A stretch of 64,000 nucleotides of DNA, taken from assembly GCF_009834535.1 (NCBI RefSeq), contig NC_045697.1, positions 28,150,001 to 28,214,000 of the forward strand. Reading direction: 5' to 3'. A model generated the notes under the pieces. It saw only the letters and a program-made list of their open reading frames with translations. It was not told where the DNA came from and did no database searches. This document shows positions 11,701-24,800 of this stretch, in pieces (the stretch's first letter is position 1; each line of letters begins with the position of its first letter). Position numbers and translations under genes: made by a program. The DNA comes from Camelus ferus (Eukaryota).

Positions 11701-14700
11701 TATTGGGTGAAATCTCTTATTTCAAACTTTGTTTATAAAGTTAGGGTTTAATATTTTATATGTCAGACTATTTTTAGTCAATGTATATAAAATATTACTC
11801 TACAGTATCCACAAAAAATAATAGCTCATATTGACTGGGTACTAACTGTCTGTGAGACACTGTTCTAAGCATTTTAGTACTATATTAACTCATTTAATCT
11901 TTACAAATTTCTGAGTTAGATTGCTACTATTATCATTCTAATTATACAGATGAGGCCAGTGAGGCACAAAAAGGGTAAGTAACTTGCTCAAGGTTAGTAA
12001 GTGAAATGAAACTGCATTTTAAAAACCTATATAAATTTACAACAGTTTTAGATTTACAGGAAAATTGCTGAGATAGTAGAGTGAGATCCTATACACCCCA
12101 TACCCAATTTCTCCTCTTATTAATGTCTTGCACGAGTATGGTATATCTGTTACTATTGAACCAATATTGATACATTATTGTTAACTAAAGTCCATACTTT
12201 ATTCAGATTTCCTTAATTTCTACCTAAAAATCCTTTTTCTGTTACAGGATCCTGTCCAGGGTACTAGTTACATTTAATCATCTCATCTCCTTAGGCTCCC
12301 CTGGGCTGTGACAGTTTCTCAGACTTGGTTTTGATGACCTTGGCAGTTTGGGGAGTCAGGTGTTTTGTAGAATGTCTTACTCAACTGGGATTTTTCTGAT
12401 ATTTGTCTCGTGATTAGACTGAGTTATGAGTTTGGGGGAGGAAGACCAGAAAGGTAAAGTGCCATTTTCATCACATCTTATCAAAGATACATCCCATCAA
12501 TCAGACTTGTCATTATTGATATTGACCTTGATCACTTGGAAACAGCTGCATTTTTGAACCCAAAAAATTAAGATGTAGACTTCATGCTCACATACCAGTA
12601 GGCAGCTCTCTGTGCCTATTCATTTAATCACTGACTTCAACTTGGGTTAACATAATAGTTAATGATTCATTCTAACCAGTTTCACCTGCTCTCCTCGACT
12701 AATTTTCCCAGGCTGGCTCTTGGAAAAGCCAAGGCTGGCTGGCTTACAGGTGTAGTCTCTTGACATGCCCACAGCTCTTTACCCACAGTCACCCAGTCCA
12801 TCTTGTTGGATGCTTGCTACCCTGTGTTTCAGCTGCAGATATCACTGAACTCTTCTATCCCTTGTCAGTTGATTTACTATTCTTTGACTCATCTTGAAGG
12901 CATTTAGGCTCTTCTCCTCTCCCAACAAGGGGGTTATCTTTATAATATACCATTTCTCAAGCGCCATCTCCTTTTGCTTGACCCTCTTTATGCTACTTCT
13001 CCCTGTGTAAATCAATCTGTTAATTCTGGTTCAGTTTAAAATTAAAATCTTCCACATTTCCACATGAAAAAAAATTTGTTTCCAGAGATGGCAAAGTTCA
13101 ACTACAATGTACTCGTATATAGGAAGGATGTATTGCATTGTCCTCCCTCGCACATATAGGCCCAAGTCATAGCATGGATTCCCTTGACATAAACTACGGA
13201 ACCTCTCCCCAGAAACCCTCCACATGTGTGTGCAGGTATGTGCATGTATGTGCACTCGTGTGTGTTAAGTATTTCATGTAGGGTTCAAGGAGTTCATGAA
13301 CCCCCTAAAGCTTATCTGTACACTGTGTCAATCAGTGTTCTTAGTTTTAAGCAACTGAAATTGACTGACTGATTTAAACAGAATAGGAATTTATTGGAAT
13401 CATATTAGTTCCCAGAAAGAATCAGCTTAGGGAAAAAGACTCTACAGTGGCACAACTGGCCTTTATAACCCCAGATTTTTGAGACAGAAGAACCTATCTT
13501 TATGACACTTATTGCTTACATTTTATTTTCATCTATTTGGAACTGGATAGTGAAGTTTTATGTTTTTAGAATTAGATAATTAGGCATGAAAACAATGATA
13601 AACACACACATAATCACTCATATGCACAGAGACATGTAATTTGGTTATTTAACTTTAGGGAGTATATTAGTAGGGAAGAGGCTAAGATAATATATCAACG
13701 AGATTCGGAAATACAGTGGCTCAAATAAAATAGAAGTTTGTTTCTCTATGACCTAGCAGATGGGCCAGTGGCCCAGGACAGACAGGTAGCTCTGCTATAC
13801 AAGTTGATTCAGAGATCCAGGTTCCTTCCATGTTGTTTCTCCATCTTGTTGGGTGTTATTCCTTCTTTGTGGTCAGTGTTTCCTCAGCTCCCCCTCTGCA
13901 TCCTAGCCTGTGGAAAGGACCACGAAAGAAAAGGAAGGAAATTAAATAACACAAGTTGCATTTATCAGTTCTGTTCACATTCCATTGTGGAAAGCCTAGT
14001 CACGTGGCCATGACTAGTTGCAAGGGAGGCTCAGATATAGCCTCTGCCTGGGGAGCCATGTGTCCTGCTAAAACTCATTACTGTGGTAGATGTGAAGAAT
14101 GGTTTGGGGGTTAATCAACAGGGTGCAAGAGGTGAAGACAGCTGGTTAGAACTCTTCAGAAATCTTTGGATCTAATTTTTTAATGAGCTTTTTTCCCCGC
14201 ATATTTTGTACTATTTTTACCAAAGGGATATTCACAAATAAAGATAAGCAAAAATGGAAAAAGAAAAATCACTAGTTACCCTGGCACCACAAAATAACAA
14301 CCATTAACAATATGAGGAAGTATCCTTCCAGTATATTTTAAATATAATGAAATATGTTTTTAGAATAAAAATATGAATCTTACTGTACATCTTATTTTGT
14401 AAACTTTTTTGCCCAATGTAAACGTTAAAATTAAGACTCTTTTAGTCACAAATAACAAGCTCAAACTAACTTAAGCAAAAATTAGAAATTTTTGATTCAC
14501 ATAAGTAAATAAAAAGTCTAATGTCTTTAGACATGTCTGAATCCAGATACTCAAATAATGCCAGAAATCTTTTTTTCTCTCTAGATTCTCTTTTCCTTTG
14601 TGATGGCATTTTCTCGGGCAGGCTTTCTGTGTAGTAGCAAAAAAGCCACTAGCAGCTCCAAATTTACTTTTTATCGGCTTAGCCTCCTCAATGGAAACAG

Positions 14701-15762
14701 AGTGACCCTTTTCCAAGATTGCCAACAAACATCTTGAAACTGACTCTGATTGGCCTTGTTTGGATCATATGTCCACCCAAACCAATCATCATTGCCAGAA
14801 GAGATGATACTCTTATTGGCCAGGCCTCAGTCCCTACCTCACCTTTGCCCAGGGGGAAGCTTCAGCTCTGCCTGTTGTGGACTGAGGTGGGGAATGTGCG
14901 GTTTCCCAAAAGGTAAAGATGGGTCTGTTACCCTAAGAAAGACTCCCGAGTAGGCAAAAGCAATATCCACTAAAACAGCTTTCCATGTCATATGTTCTAT
15001 GTCTTTAAAAATGTTTGCACAAACACACCTTTTGTTTATTTAACCGTTACTCTTTTTTTGTTTTTTGAATTTAGACTGTTTCCAATATTTTCCTGTTAGA
15101 AACAGCCTGTGATAAACCCTCCCTGTAGCCAGATCCTACATACAGGTCATTATTTCCTCTGGATAAAGTCTCAAAGGTGTGCACATTTTTAGAGTTTTTG
15201 ATTTGTATTCTCAAATTCAGTTCAGGAACATCACTGCTATTTTAATTCTCAGCAGCATTGTATGAGAGTGCCCAGTGTCCCTTCCCCTTCACACTGGTTA
15301 TTATCTTATTTAAGAAAATTTGATTCTTACAAACAACATTTAACTTTCACCATAGACAGTCCGGCCACAGGACCAGAAGAGAACCCCTTAAATTCTAAAA
15401 CGAAACAATATTTCTCTTGAGAAATATTCTTTGCCTCTTGTCGTTTCTTTTTATACACCTGCCTTGTCCTGTCCTTAATGATAACCCCAACTCCTCCTCC
15501 TCCTTACTCGTCTGAACTCTAGGGCGTATTTCAGATCTCATCCGCTACTGTTGCCTTTCGAAACACTAGCCCATATGGATCTTTCCTTTCTGTATATTCT
15601 GATAGCAATTACATTCCAACTGGGGATGTATCAGGTGATCTGTTGGAGAAATAGTAAAATATATATATGCGTATATATATATTAGAAAGTCTATTTACAT
15701 TTTATCTCTTAAACCTCATTTTTCTATTTTATAATATAAATAATAATTATACAATGGTATGC

Positions 15763-15800
<38 letters not shown>

Positions 15801-18800
15801 TTTATAAACTAATAAATATCCATATATTGGGGTACATGCCTAAAAGTATACTGAAAAGGATATACATAAATTTTTTTAGAGACTGCTAGTCTATAGTAAG
15901 CAATGTACATTCTTAGTTTACATTTGTGATTTTGAATATGCGTAAAAGATGCCAAAAGATTCATGATATAGTCATTTGCGCTTTGGCAAAAACATGAATT
16001 CTGAATGCCAGAAGCTGAGGCAGGGGGCTGGGAGTGAATCAGTTACCTGGGGAGTGAGCCAAACGGACTCTTTAGAGTTTCAATGCAGCTTTGTTTTCTA
16101 CTCAAAGTCATATACAGTATAATTCTTGTGAATTGATTTTTTAAAACTTCTTTTGAAAAATTACTCTGTTAAAAAAGCCTCTTGCAAGTTCTGGTGATGA
16201 AAGTGGAGAAATCTAAATAGTTTGCAATAAAATGGTAATATTGGCCACAGTACATAGTCTGTGCCTCTACACACGTGTGTGAAATCTGAAGAATTGCAAG
16301 TATTAGTGTTGCTGGTTAATTTTTTCCACTTTACAGAACTTGAATCTTCAAATTCCAAGTCCCTTCACTAAACAAGTCATATCTTCTTAACATATCCCCA
16401 CAGTTTCTAACAACTGGTGCCATGCTGCATCTAAGAGCTACTCTGTAAATAGCTGGTGACTTAATTTGTTTGGTATTTACTTCTTTTCTACATTAAGGCA
16501 TTTTTCTGACTTTCAAATTCATTGCCTACTGCAGAGGGACAGTAAGCTAAAAATTAATGTTTCCTTATAGCCTGGAAATACTTAGCAATGTAGAGTTCAT
16601 GACAGTGGAATGTCTGTTATAAAAAGATTTGAATGATCTCATGATCATGATGCAATTCTTTGAAATGTGACTTACCGTCTTAGTAACATCAAAGAAATAA
16701 AACTAAACAGAGGTGTTAGATATATTTCCTCTGCTATCAGGTAAAGATCAAGTTAGAAATCCCAGAGAAATATGTCTCAGTGTTCCATAAATGGCCTATT
16801 CTCAGATGTTTATATTATGGATTAGGATGTCCATTGAGTTTATTAAAGGCCATTTTTACTTAGGAATTATGAAATTTAGTTACAAAAATTGATAATACTG
16901 GGGACCACTTTAGGAGGACAACCAAACAATCAACGTTATATAAAGACAAAAGGCTGAGATTACAGGCCTTCCCTTTGGCCTTTGAAAAAGGAGGGTCTAC
17001 TAAGAGTAGTTTATTTACCTTGATTGTGTGCTTATTCTGTGCTGGGGCTATGCACTTATTATTTCATTTAATAATCCTCCCATGAAGGATCCTTTAAAAG
17101 AAAGTACTATGTGTTACTCATTACTGTACTGCTGTTGAAGGTAAGGTTTAGAGAAGTTAAATAACTTGTCCAGATACTAGTGACAGAGCTGAATCAACGC
17201 TATGTAATAGAACCTTCTGCAGTGATGGAAATGTTCTGTATCTGCAGCATCCAGTCTGGCAGCCACTAGCCTCAGGGGGCTGCTTGAGCATTTGAAATAT
17301 GACTAGTTCAACTAAAGAACTGAATTTTTATTTTATTTTATTTTATTTTAATTAAAATAGCCCCATGGGCGTAGTAGCTACTATATTGGATAGCACGGCT
17401 CTAGAGCCTTCCTTCGTAAAATGCTCTTAGTCACTACACCATACCTCTCCAATTCAACCTTCAAACCAAATCACATAATTGGAAAAAACAGTAAGAAAGT
17501 ATTAACACCGTAATTAGACAGAGCCAGAGTATTAAAAACATTTGATTAGTAAGGGATAGAGATATTATCTCCGTCCCATAGAAGCCTAAGAGACGTGCTC
17601 TCTTACACCCAGCTAAGGGGCAGTGACATAGCAGTAGACTTTTGTCTAAGATCCTTAATTTTAATGCCCCTTTTTCTGGTATGTTATCTTCATTCCTGTT
17701 GTACCATCTGTCTCCCTTCATCCCCTTAGTCCTTACACTCACTGACGCCTTAGGGTAAAGGTAAGCAAAAATGTCCATTCTTTTGCGAGTGGTTTGACCA
17801 ACATTCCAAATGTCTCCTGATCCTGGCTTTATAATCAGCTACCTGTATGTCCTTGGTTGATCACTTTGAGCCATTTTGAGCCTCAAATTTTCTTGTCTGC
17901 AGAATAAAGGAGTTGAATTAAATGACTGCATAGGTTCCTTCTAGGTGTAAAAATTCTGTATATAATGGTTCTCATACCTAGAGAACCTATACTTAGGGTA
18001 TAGAACCATACCTAGGGTTCTGTAGTTGGGATGGATATGCAGTAAATTCTTTTTTCAAGTAAATTCTTGCATTATTAAAGTTGCATGTGCAAGGTCCTAC
18101 GTTTCTTAAAAACAAGGCAGAACAAGAAATGCTAGAAAGCTGTGCAGCTCTTCAAGTCTGAGTAGCTCTGTTCCTACCTCTTCCATGTTCCTTTTGTGAA
18201 TGGATGGCTTCACTTTCCCATAGTCTACAAATCAGACGCCTGCACTTCTTTTGATCCTTCATTTGGAGCAGTGGGAGTGATTGCTATACCCAGAAACCTC
18301 AGTGAATTGTCACATTGAAATAATATGTTTATTCAACGTATGCTAGCAGTCAAAGCCTTGAAAGGAAATCAAGAAGTTTGAAATACTGTTTTATAGAAGC
18401 ATAGTTGTTTTGTTAATGCATATGTATATAAACAATTTTGATGTTTTACCTTTATGCTCATTTTGAAAAATATTCTATTAAGTTCTGCTAGTTCATTGAA
18501 AATAGTGAAAGAAATTCAAGTTTACACATGTCTGAAGTGTTGTGTATATCAGTGTTTTAAATCTGTAAGTTCATCACATGCTGATTTGTATAATGTATCC
18601 ATCTCTTGTCTGAAGTGTACCGATGGTCTTCAGCCTGCGATGTGTGTTAGGATCGCCTGTAAGGCTTTTAAAAAATATGATGTTTAGGTCTCACCTCAGA
18701 CCTAGTGAATCAGTCTTAAGGAAAGAGACCTTGAACACAATGCTGAAATGCTTTCCATATTTCCACTATTAAAGTTCTTGTCAAGAAAAGAAATGGTCTC

Positions 18801-21800
18801 TTTATTAAATGAGCTTATACCAACATCAAAGCTAGCCTGTAATAACTTAGTGATGTTAGTATTATAAATTCTGTTGTTTTTTCAAAATTTAACATTGATT
18901 AGCATTTATATTTGGATGATGGCAATTGATCACTCAAAAAACATTCAACTAACTCATGTTTAGTCATTACTGAGAATTTAATATAAAGTATAAGAAATGT
19001 GATACAAAATATAGCAGCCCCAAGAAAAAAGTTACTTACCTCATTTTTTCTTGTTCTTGGAAGAATTTGGGCTTATACAAATCAGTGTTCTAATCCTCCC
19101 TCCTTCTTAGATCACTAGTACTCATAAATCATTTGTCAGTATTTTCACAGTATACAAACTTCATTTTCTTGAGAAATGTTTTCAATCTTCAAGTTGTTAT
19201 TTATCAAAGTCAACGTTATTTATTTTTGCTTATGTTACATTTTCCCTAGATTTTTAAATAGTTTCTAATTTTCATTTATTTGCATATATAAGCAACATAT
19301 TACTCAATACATTTTTATACTAATGATCTTAAATATAAAGTTGAGTATATTCTACCAGATTTTCCAAGTGCCAGTATTATTCATAGTGCACAGTATATAC
19401 CTTCTAGATAATACATATTTTGCTTCTATTATCATTATTGACAATTAACCTCCAAGAACATTTTTTAGGGCCCATATTTGTATGGCATTGACAATGTGAT
19501 GGGCTGGGAGAATTTAGGTAGAGATATGTATTAGTCAAGGCACTGATAACTTTTGAAACTGATAAACCTCAGTCAACATGAGCATTCTTACTTGAGTGAC
19601 TTTGCATGTGTATATTTTACTCTTCTTCCATGTAAGTCCTTGGTACCCGTGGATAGAGAAGGAAAGAATGGGAACTACATACCTGCTCTTAGCCACTTTA
19701 GCCTGTAGGTGACATGGTTCATTTCCATCATAAGACTGCACCTATCTGAGAGAGAGGCTGGGAAATGATGTCTAGCTATATTCCCAGGAGAAAAAGAAGG
19801 AAGTTTTTGTTGAGCAATTAGTAGTCACTACAACAGCTCTATTTCTGCCATGAACAAACTCTGTGGCTTCTGGCAAGGCACTTGATCTCCTTGGCTTCAG
19901 TTTCCTTTATTTTAAAAGATCCAATGAGGTTTTTCTTTTTTGATAAGGTTATTAGCTATTTATATTAAGAAAATTCTCTTAAGATATAGTGAGGCTAGAT
20001 TCAACAAAACATCAGAATCACAATATCCTTAAAGTAAATCTGACAAGAAATGAGAACTAAGTTGTGGCACAGTTGGTGGCTTTGTAGTTAATTATGTAAC
20101 TAAGGGATATTGATTACATAACTAAGGGATCACTTGATTCAAGTGATCTTGGAGAAGAGATCTTGGGAGGAGTGGATGTAGGATTTCATTCTTAGTCCCA
20201 ATTTTTTAATTTTTTCACCATTTCTATCAGTATATCATAATGAAAACAGAACTCATACTCTTCAAGTTATAACTTGGAAATTTCAGACAGTTTTTAGATA
20301 CCTAGATTAGGCCATCAAATTCTTTTAAACTGTGATCTGAGTTATAGGTTACTCCAGCTTTTGAAGACTAGCCAGAGAAGCAAATGAATTATTTATAATA
20401 CTGTTTTTATGATAATATATTTTGTATTCTAAATAGTTATCTTATAAATCAACTGTGAAACATGACCCATTTTTAAGTAAAGGATGGCTTGGATCTAAAT
20501 CTCCAAGATAGTTTAATTGCCTTCCTACCCTTCCAAAAATGATCTCTTAAACCCTTAAATATAATGTTAGGAGCTATAGCTATCAATGTGAATATATTTT
20601 GGCTCTTTTTCAGCAGAGGTGTTGTACTGACCAGAGGAGAGACCTCAAGAATGGACAAAGAATATGTGTAGCTATTAACTAGAAGATGTCACAATCACTC
20701 ACAATGTTTGCAAGACACACATATGCTTTGAGCCATAACCAATTTTAAAAGGCAAAAATGATGAATGATTACATTAGTACTGGCTGGTAGCATCACTTCT
20801 ATTACATTTAAAGGCTCTAAAAGGACTTGATAGGAAAGAGAGATACTTTTAGCGTGATAGTGACATTTCAAAACATGTGTTCTCTTTCTTTTCAGGACCT
20901 CCAATAGTAGTCAGACATTATCATCCTGCCATACTATGGAGCCATGTTCATCAGATGAATTCTTCCAAGCCCTTAATCATGCTGAGCAAACATTCAAAAA
21001 GATGGAAAACTATTTGAGGCACAAACAGTTATGTGATGTAATTCTGGTTGCTGGTGATCGCAGAATTCCAGCTCATAGGTAATTGTTTTCTAAACTTCTT
21101 TATGTGTGAACTATTTTCTTGATAATTTGATTATGCATGTTAAGGTAACTTGTTCTAATTAATTATTCCATGGAGTATTTTGGTGATGGTTTAAATTTCA
21201 TGGAATTTCTGCAAAGAAAACAGTGCATATGATGTTATTACACATTAAAAGACCCAAAAAAGGTCACTTCATCTCTAGAAGCATAAAAACAAGACATACC
21301 AGCCTGAAATCAGTCAATATTATTTGATATAGATTTCAGCTACTATGAGCAGCACCCCACCTAATTTTCCTATTAAATAAATTTAAATAAACCCAATGGA
21401 AATTAGAGCTGTGAGTATTTAGAAACAAAAAAGCTGGTGGAATGGAGTGACAAAACTGTTGAGTTTTTAAGTAGTCACATCTCTCCCAACTTCTGTTTGC
21501 TGACCTCCAGGAAATATGAAAGGCAGTGGTGCTCAGGAAAAAAAAGCCTTTAACACAAATGAAGTATTATTTCTTGATGTAAGGAAAGGAAATGGGAGCC
21601 ATTTAATAAAGAACAATTCATTATTTTTCTTCTAATAATTCCGTATTTATTGTTCATTGTTAATCACTATTATGATCCCAGAGGTTTTTGGTTTTTTTTT
21701 TTAATGCCTTTCAAGACTAATTAACACTCTGTCCCAAAAGTTTTGTTAAACCCTCTGAGTGAAAGTAAAATCAGGAAGAATGGGCTTGGTCTTAGAGTTT

Positions 21801-24800
21801 TCAGTGACTCAATCAGCATACATTTATTGAGATGCTACTATATATTGTGACAAAAGGTCCATATTATGAGCATGGGTTTATTAGAAAGATAGTTCAATCT
21901 GAATTTCATAAAATCACCTCAAATTCTCTGTTTCCAAAGCAGAACTCATTACCTTACCTGCGACACTTGTGTCAGCCATCACCATCTCACTTGGATTGCA
22001 AGAAACTCCTGTTTTCACTCTTTTCCTCTGCATTCCGCATTCTGTTTTCTACCCAGCAACCTGAGTGGGCCTTTAAAATGGAACTCAGATCTGGTTGCTG
22101 CTCTGATCAGACTTCCCAGTGACCGCTCATGTCACGCACAGTGTGAAAGCCATGTCCTCACAGTGGCTGGTGTGGTTCAGCCTGCCATTACCTCTTGACT
22201 GTTCTGCCCTCCTGCTCTCCTCCTTGCTCACTCCACTTGAGAGCCTACTGACCCTTTTGTTCTTTGCACCTGCCAGGCATACGGCTCATGCCTTTGGATT
22301 TTTGCGTTGGCTGCTCTTCTGCCTGAATGCTTTTCCCAGATACCTGTATGATGAATTCCTGCACCTCCTTCAAGTCCCTTCGCAAATGTCACTTTCCAGT
22401 GAGACCACCTATTTAAACCCACCATCCACTCCCCATTTGCCCTTCTGCTGCTTTTTCCCCCATGGCCCTTGTCACTTTTTGATGTGCTATAGAATTTACT
22501 TCTGCTGTGTATTGTTTGTCTCCCTTCCCTGTAGAATATAAGACTGCATAAGAGAAGGAAACTTTTGTCTATTTTTTACTCTAATGTATCTCAAATATCT
22601 AGAACAGTGCCCAGTGTTTACTAGGTGTGCCTTAGTATTTGCTCAGTGAATGAATGAATGGGCAGTTCTCAGAGGAACCTGAATGGCCAACAAACATTTG
22701 AAAAGACCTTCCACCTCACTAACAATCAGGTGAATGAAAATTAAAAGAATGATGAGGTACCATTTAACACCTTGCAGATGGCCAAAAATTTTAACATCCG
22801 ACAATATTGTGGGGCAATATTAACTCTTAAACAGTGCTGGTGGGAGAGTAAATTGGCACAGCACTTTGGAGAGCAATTTAGCAAACCCTACAACTCAGCA
22901 GTGCCCTCCTGGGGAGAGAGGAGAAGGGAATTACAGAGGAACACAGGGAGCTTCAACTATTATCTGTATCAGAATTTCTACTTCTTTAAAAAACAAATAA
23001 AGTAAATCTCTGTAAGTGTGCTGATATGGAAATATGTTCCAAGACACATTATCAAATAAAAAATGTATGTTTTGAAAAATATATATATAAATAACCTATT
23101 TTTGCTTATATGTGACTCAAAAATCTGGACAGAGACATACTTAATATATAGTAATGTATTGTAACAGAATACACCGCTTTGTATTGTGGTAACAAAGATA
23201 ATTTTATGACAAAGCACAAACATTATAATATACTGTAATAATTGAAAAATCATAAAAGTTAAAAATAACCTACTAAAACCAGTCTCAAATGTCTCATATA
23301 TTTACTACTTCTACAATTAAAAAAAAAACAGGTTATTTTCAGAAGTGATAAACAGGAGAACCTTTACATTTCCCCCCACTTTTTATATTGTCAGCTTAAT
23401 GCTGTGAGCTTGTAGCTTTTTTTTCAGGATGTTAAAAGGGGATATTTGAATAGTGAATGGGTAAGTCATTTATCTCAGCAGAAAATTTTCAGTAATGGTA
23501 ATTTATTATTCAAAGGGAGGAACTAGAGCATAAAGCAATTTGTCAAACTTAAAATGCATTTCTCAGGACCAAGCACTTTCTGTGGGTAACAAAGTTTAAA
23601 AAAAAAGAAAGAAAGAAAGAGAGAAAGAAAAGAGAAAGAAGGAGAGAAAGCAGCCGCATTTCCTAGTGAACATCAGCTTCGATGTTGTCACTGATCTTTT
23701 TTTCTTCTAATATGTTCTCAGATTGGTGCTCTCCTCTGTCTCAGATTATTTTGCTGCCATGTTTACTAATGATGTCAGGGAAGCAAGACAAGAAGAAATA
23801 AAAATGGAAGGTGTAGAGCCAAATTCACTCTGGTCCTTGATTCAGTATGCATATACAGGTAAGAAATCTGAAAATAGAAACTTGATACCTCTTAGATTTA
23901 AATTTCATTATTAGATCTCAGATTTCTGCTTTTAATAAAGCCTGCCACAGCCAACAGTTAATTCTACTGTTATAACCACCACCCCTCATGATTCCTGTAT
24001 CTATATTAGAACCTTTAAAATGATTATCATAATTAAGCTTTTGAATGATATTTTTAAGTGTTCATGTAATAATTAGATGAGCTATGTAATGTTTTAGAAT
24101 TATCACACTTAAAATTTGAGTTTTATATAATAGATATGTTACTAATTAAATCATTCTTTAAAATTCTGGAAACAAGCTATTAGTTTTTATTTTAGTAGGA
24201 GTCACAAAGAGCTAATAATTCTTTTTTCGTATTTAGTACTTTTTTTTCTTTTTTGAATGTCTTAAATCATCTATGTCTGGAATATGTGTAATGAGCTCTT
24301 ACTTTAAAATACTACGCACAAATTGTGCTGAACACTGGAATTTGACACAACATTGTAAAATGATTATAAATCAATAAAAAATGTTAAAATAAAATAAAAT
24401 AAAATAAAATAAAATACTACGCCAGTTACCTTACAAACTAAAGTTCATATGTTTCCACAGTTAACGTAATTTCTTTTTGTCGTTAAGGCCGCCTTGAATT
24501 GAAAGAAGATAATATTGAGTGCCTGTTATCTACAGCTTGCCTTCTTCAGCTTTCACAGGTTGTAGAAGCATGCTGTAAGTTTTTAATGAAACAGCTTCAC
24601 CCATCCAACTGTCTTGGAATCCGTTCTTTTGCTGATGCTCAAGGTTGTACAGATTTGCATAAAGTGGCTCACAATTACACTATGGTATGTATTTTCTGGA
24701 AAGCCGGAAGGCACATGCTCTCTGCCTGATTCCTTACTGCTGCAGGCTTATCTCCATGTTGCTGTTCTCCCAGGGCTCTGCCATATGTCTTGAGGTTCAG

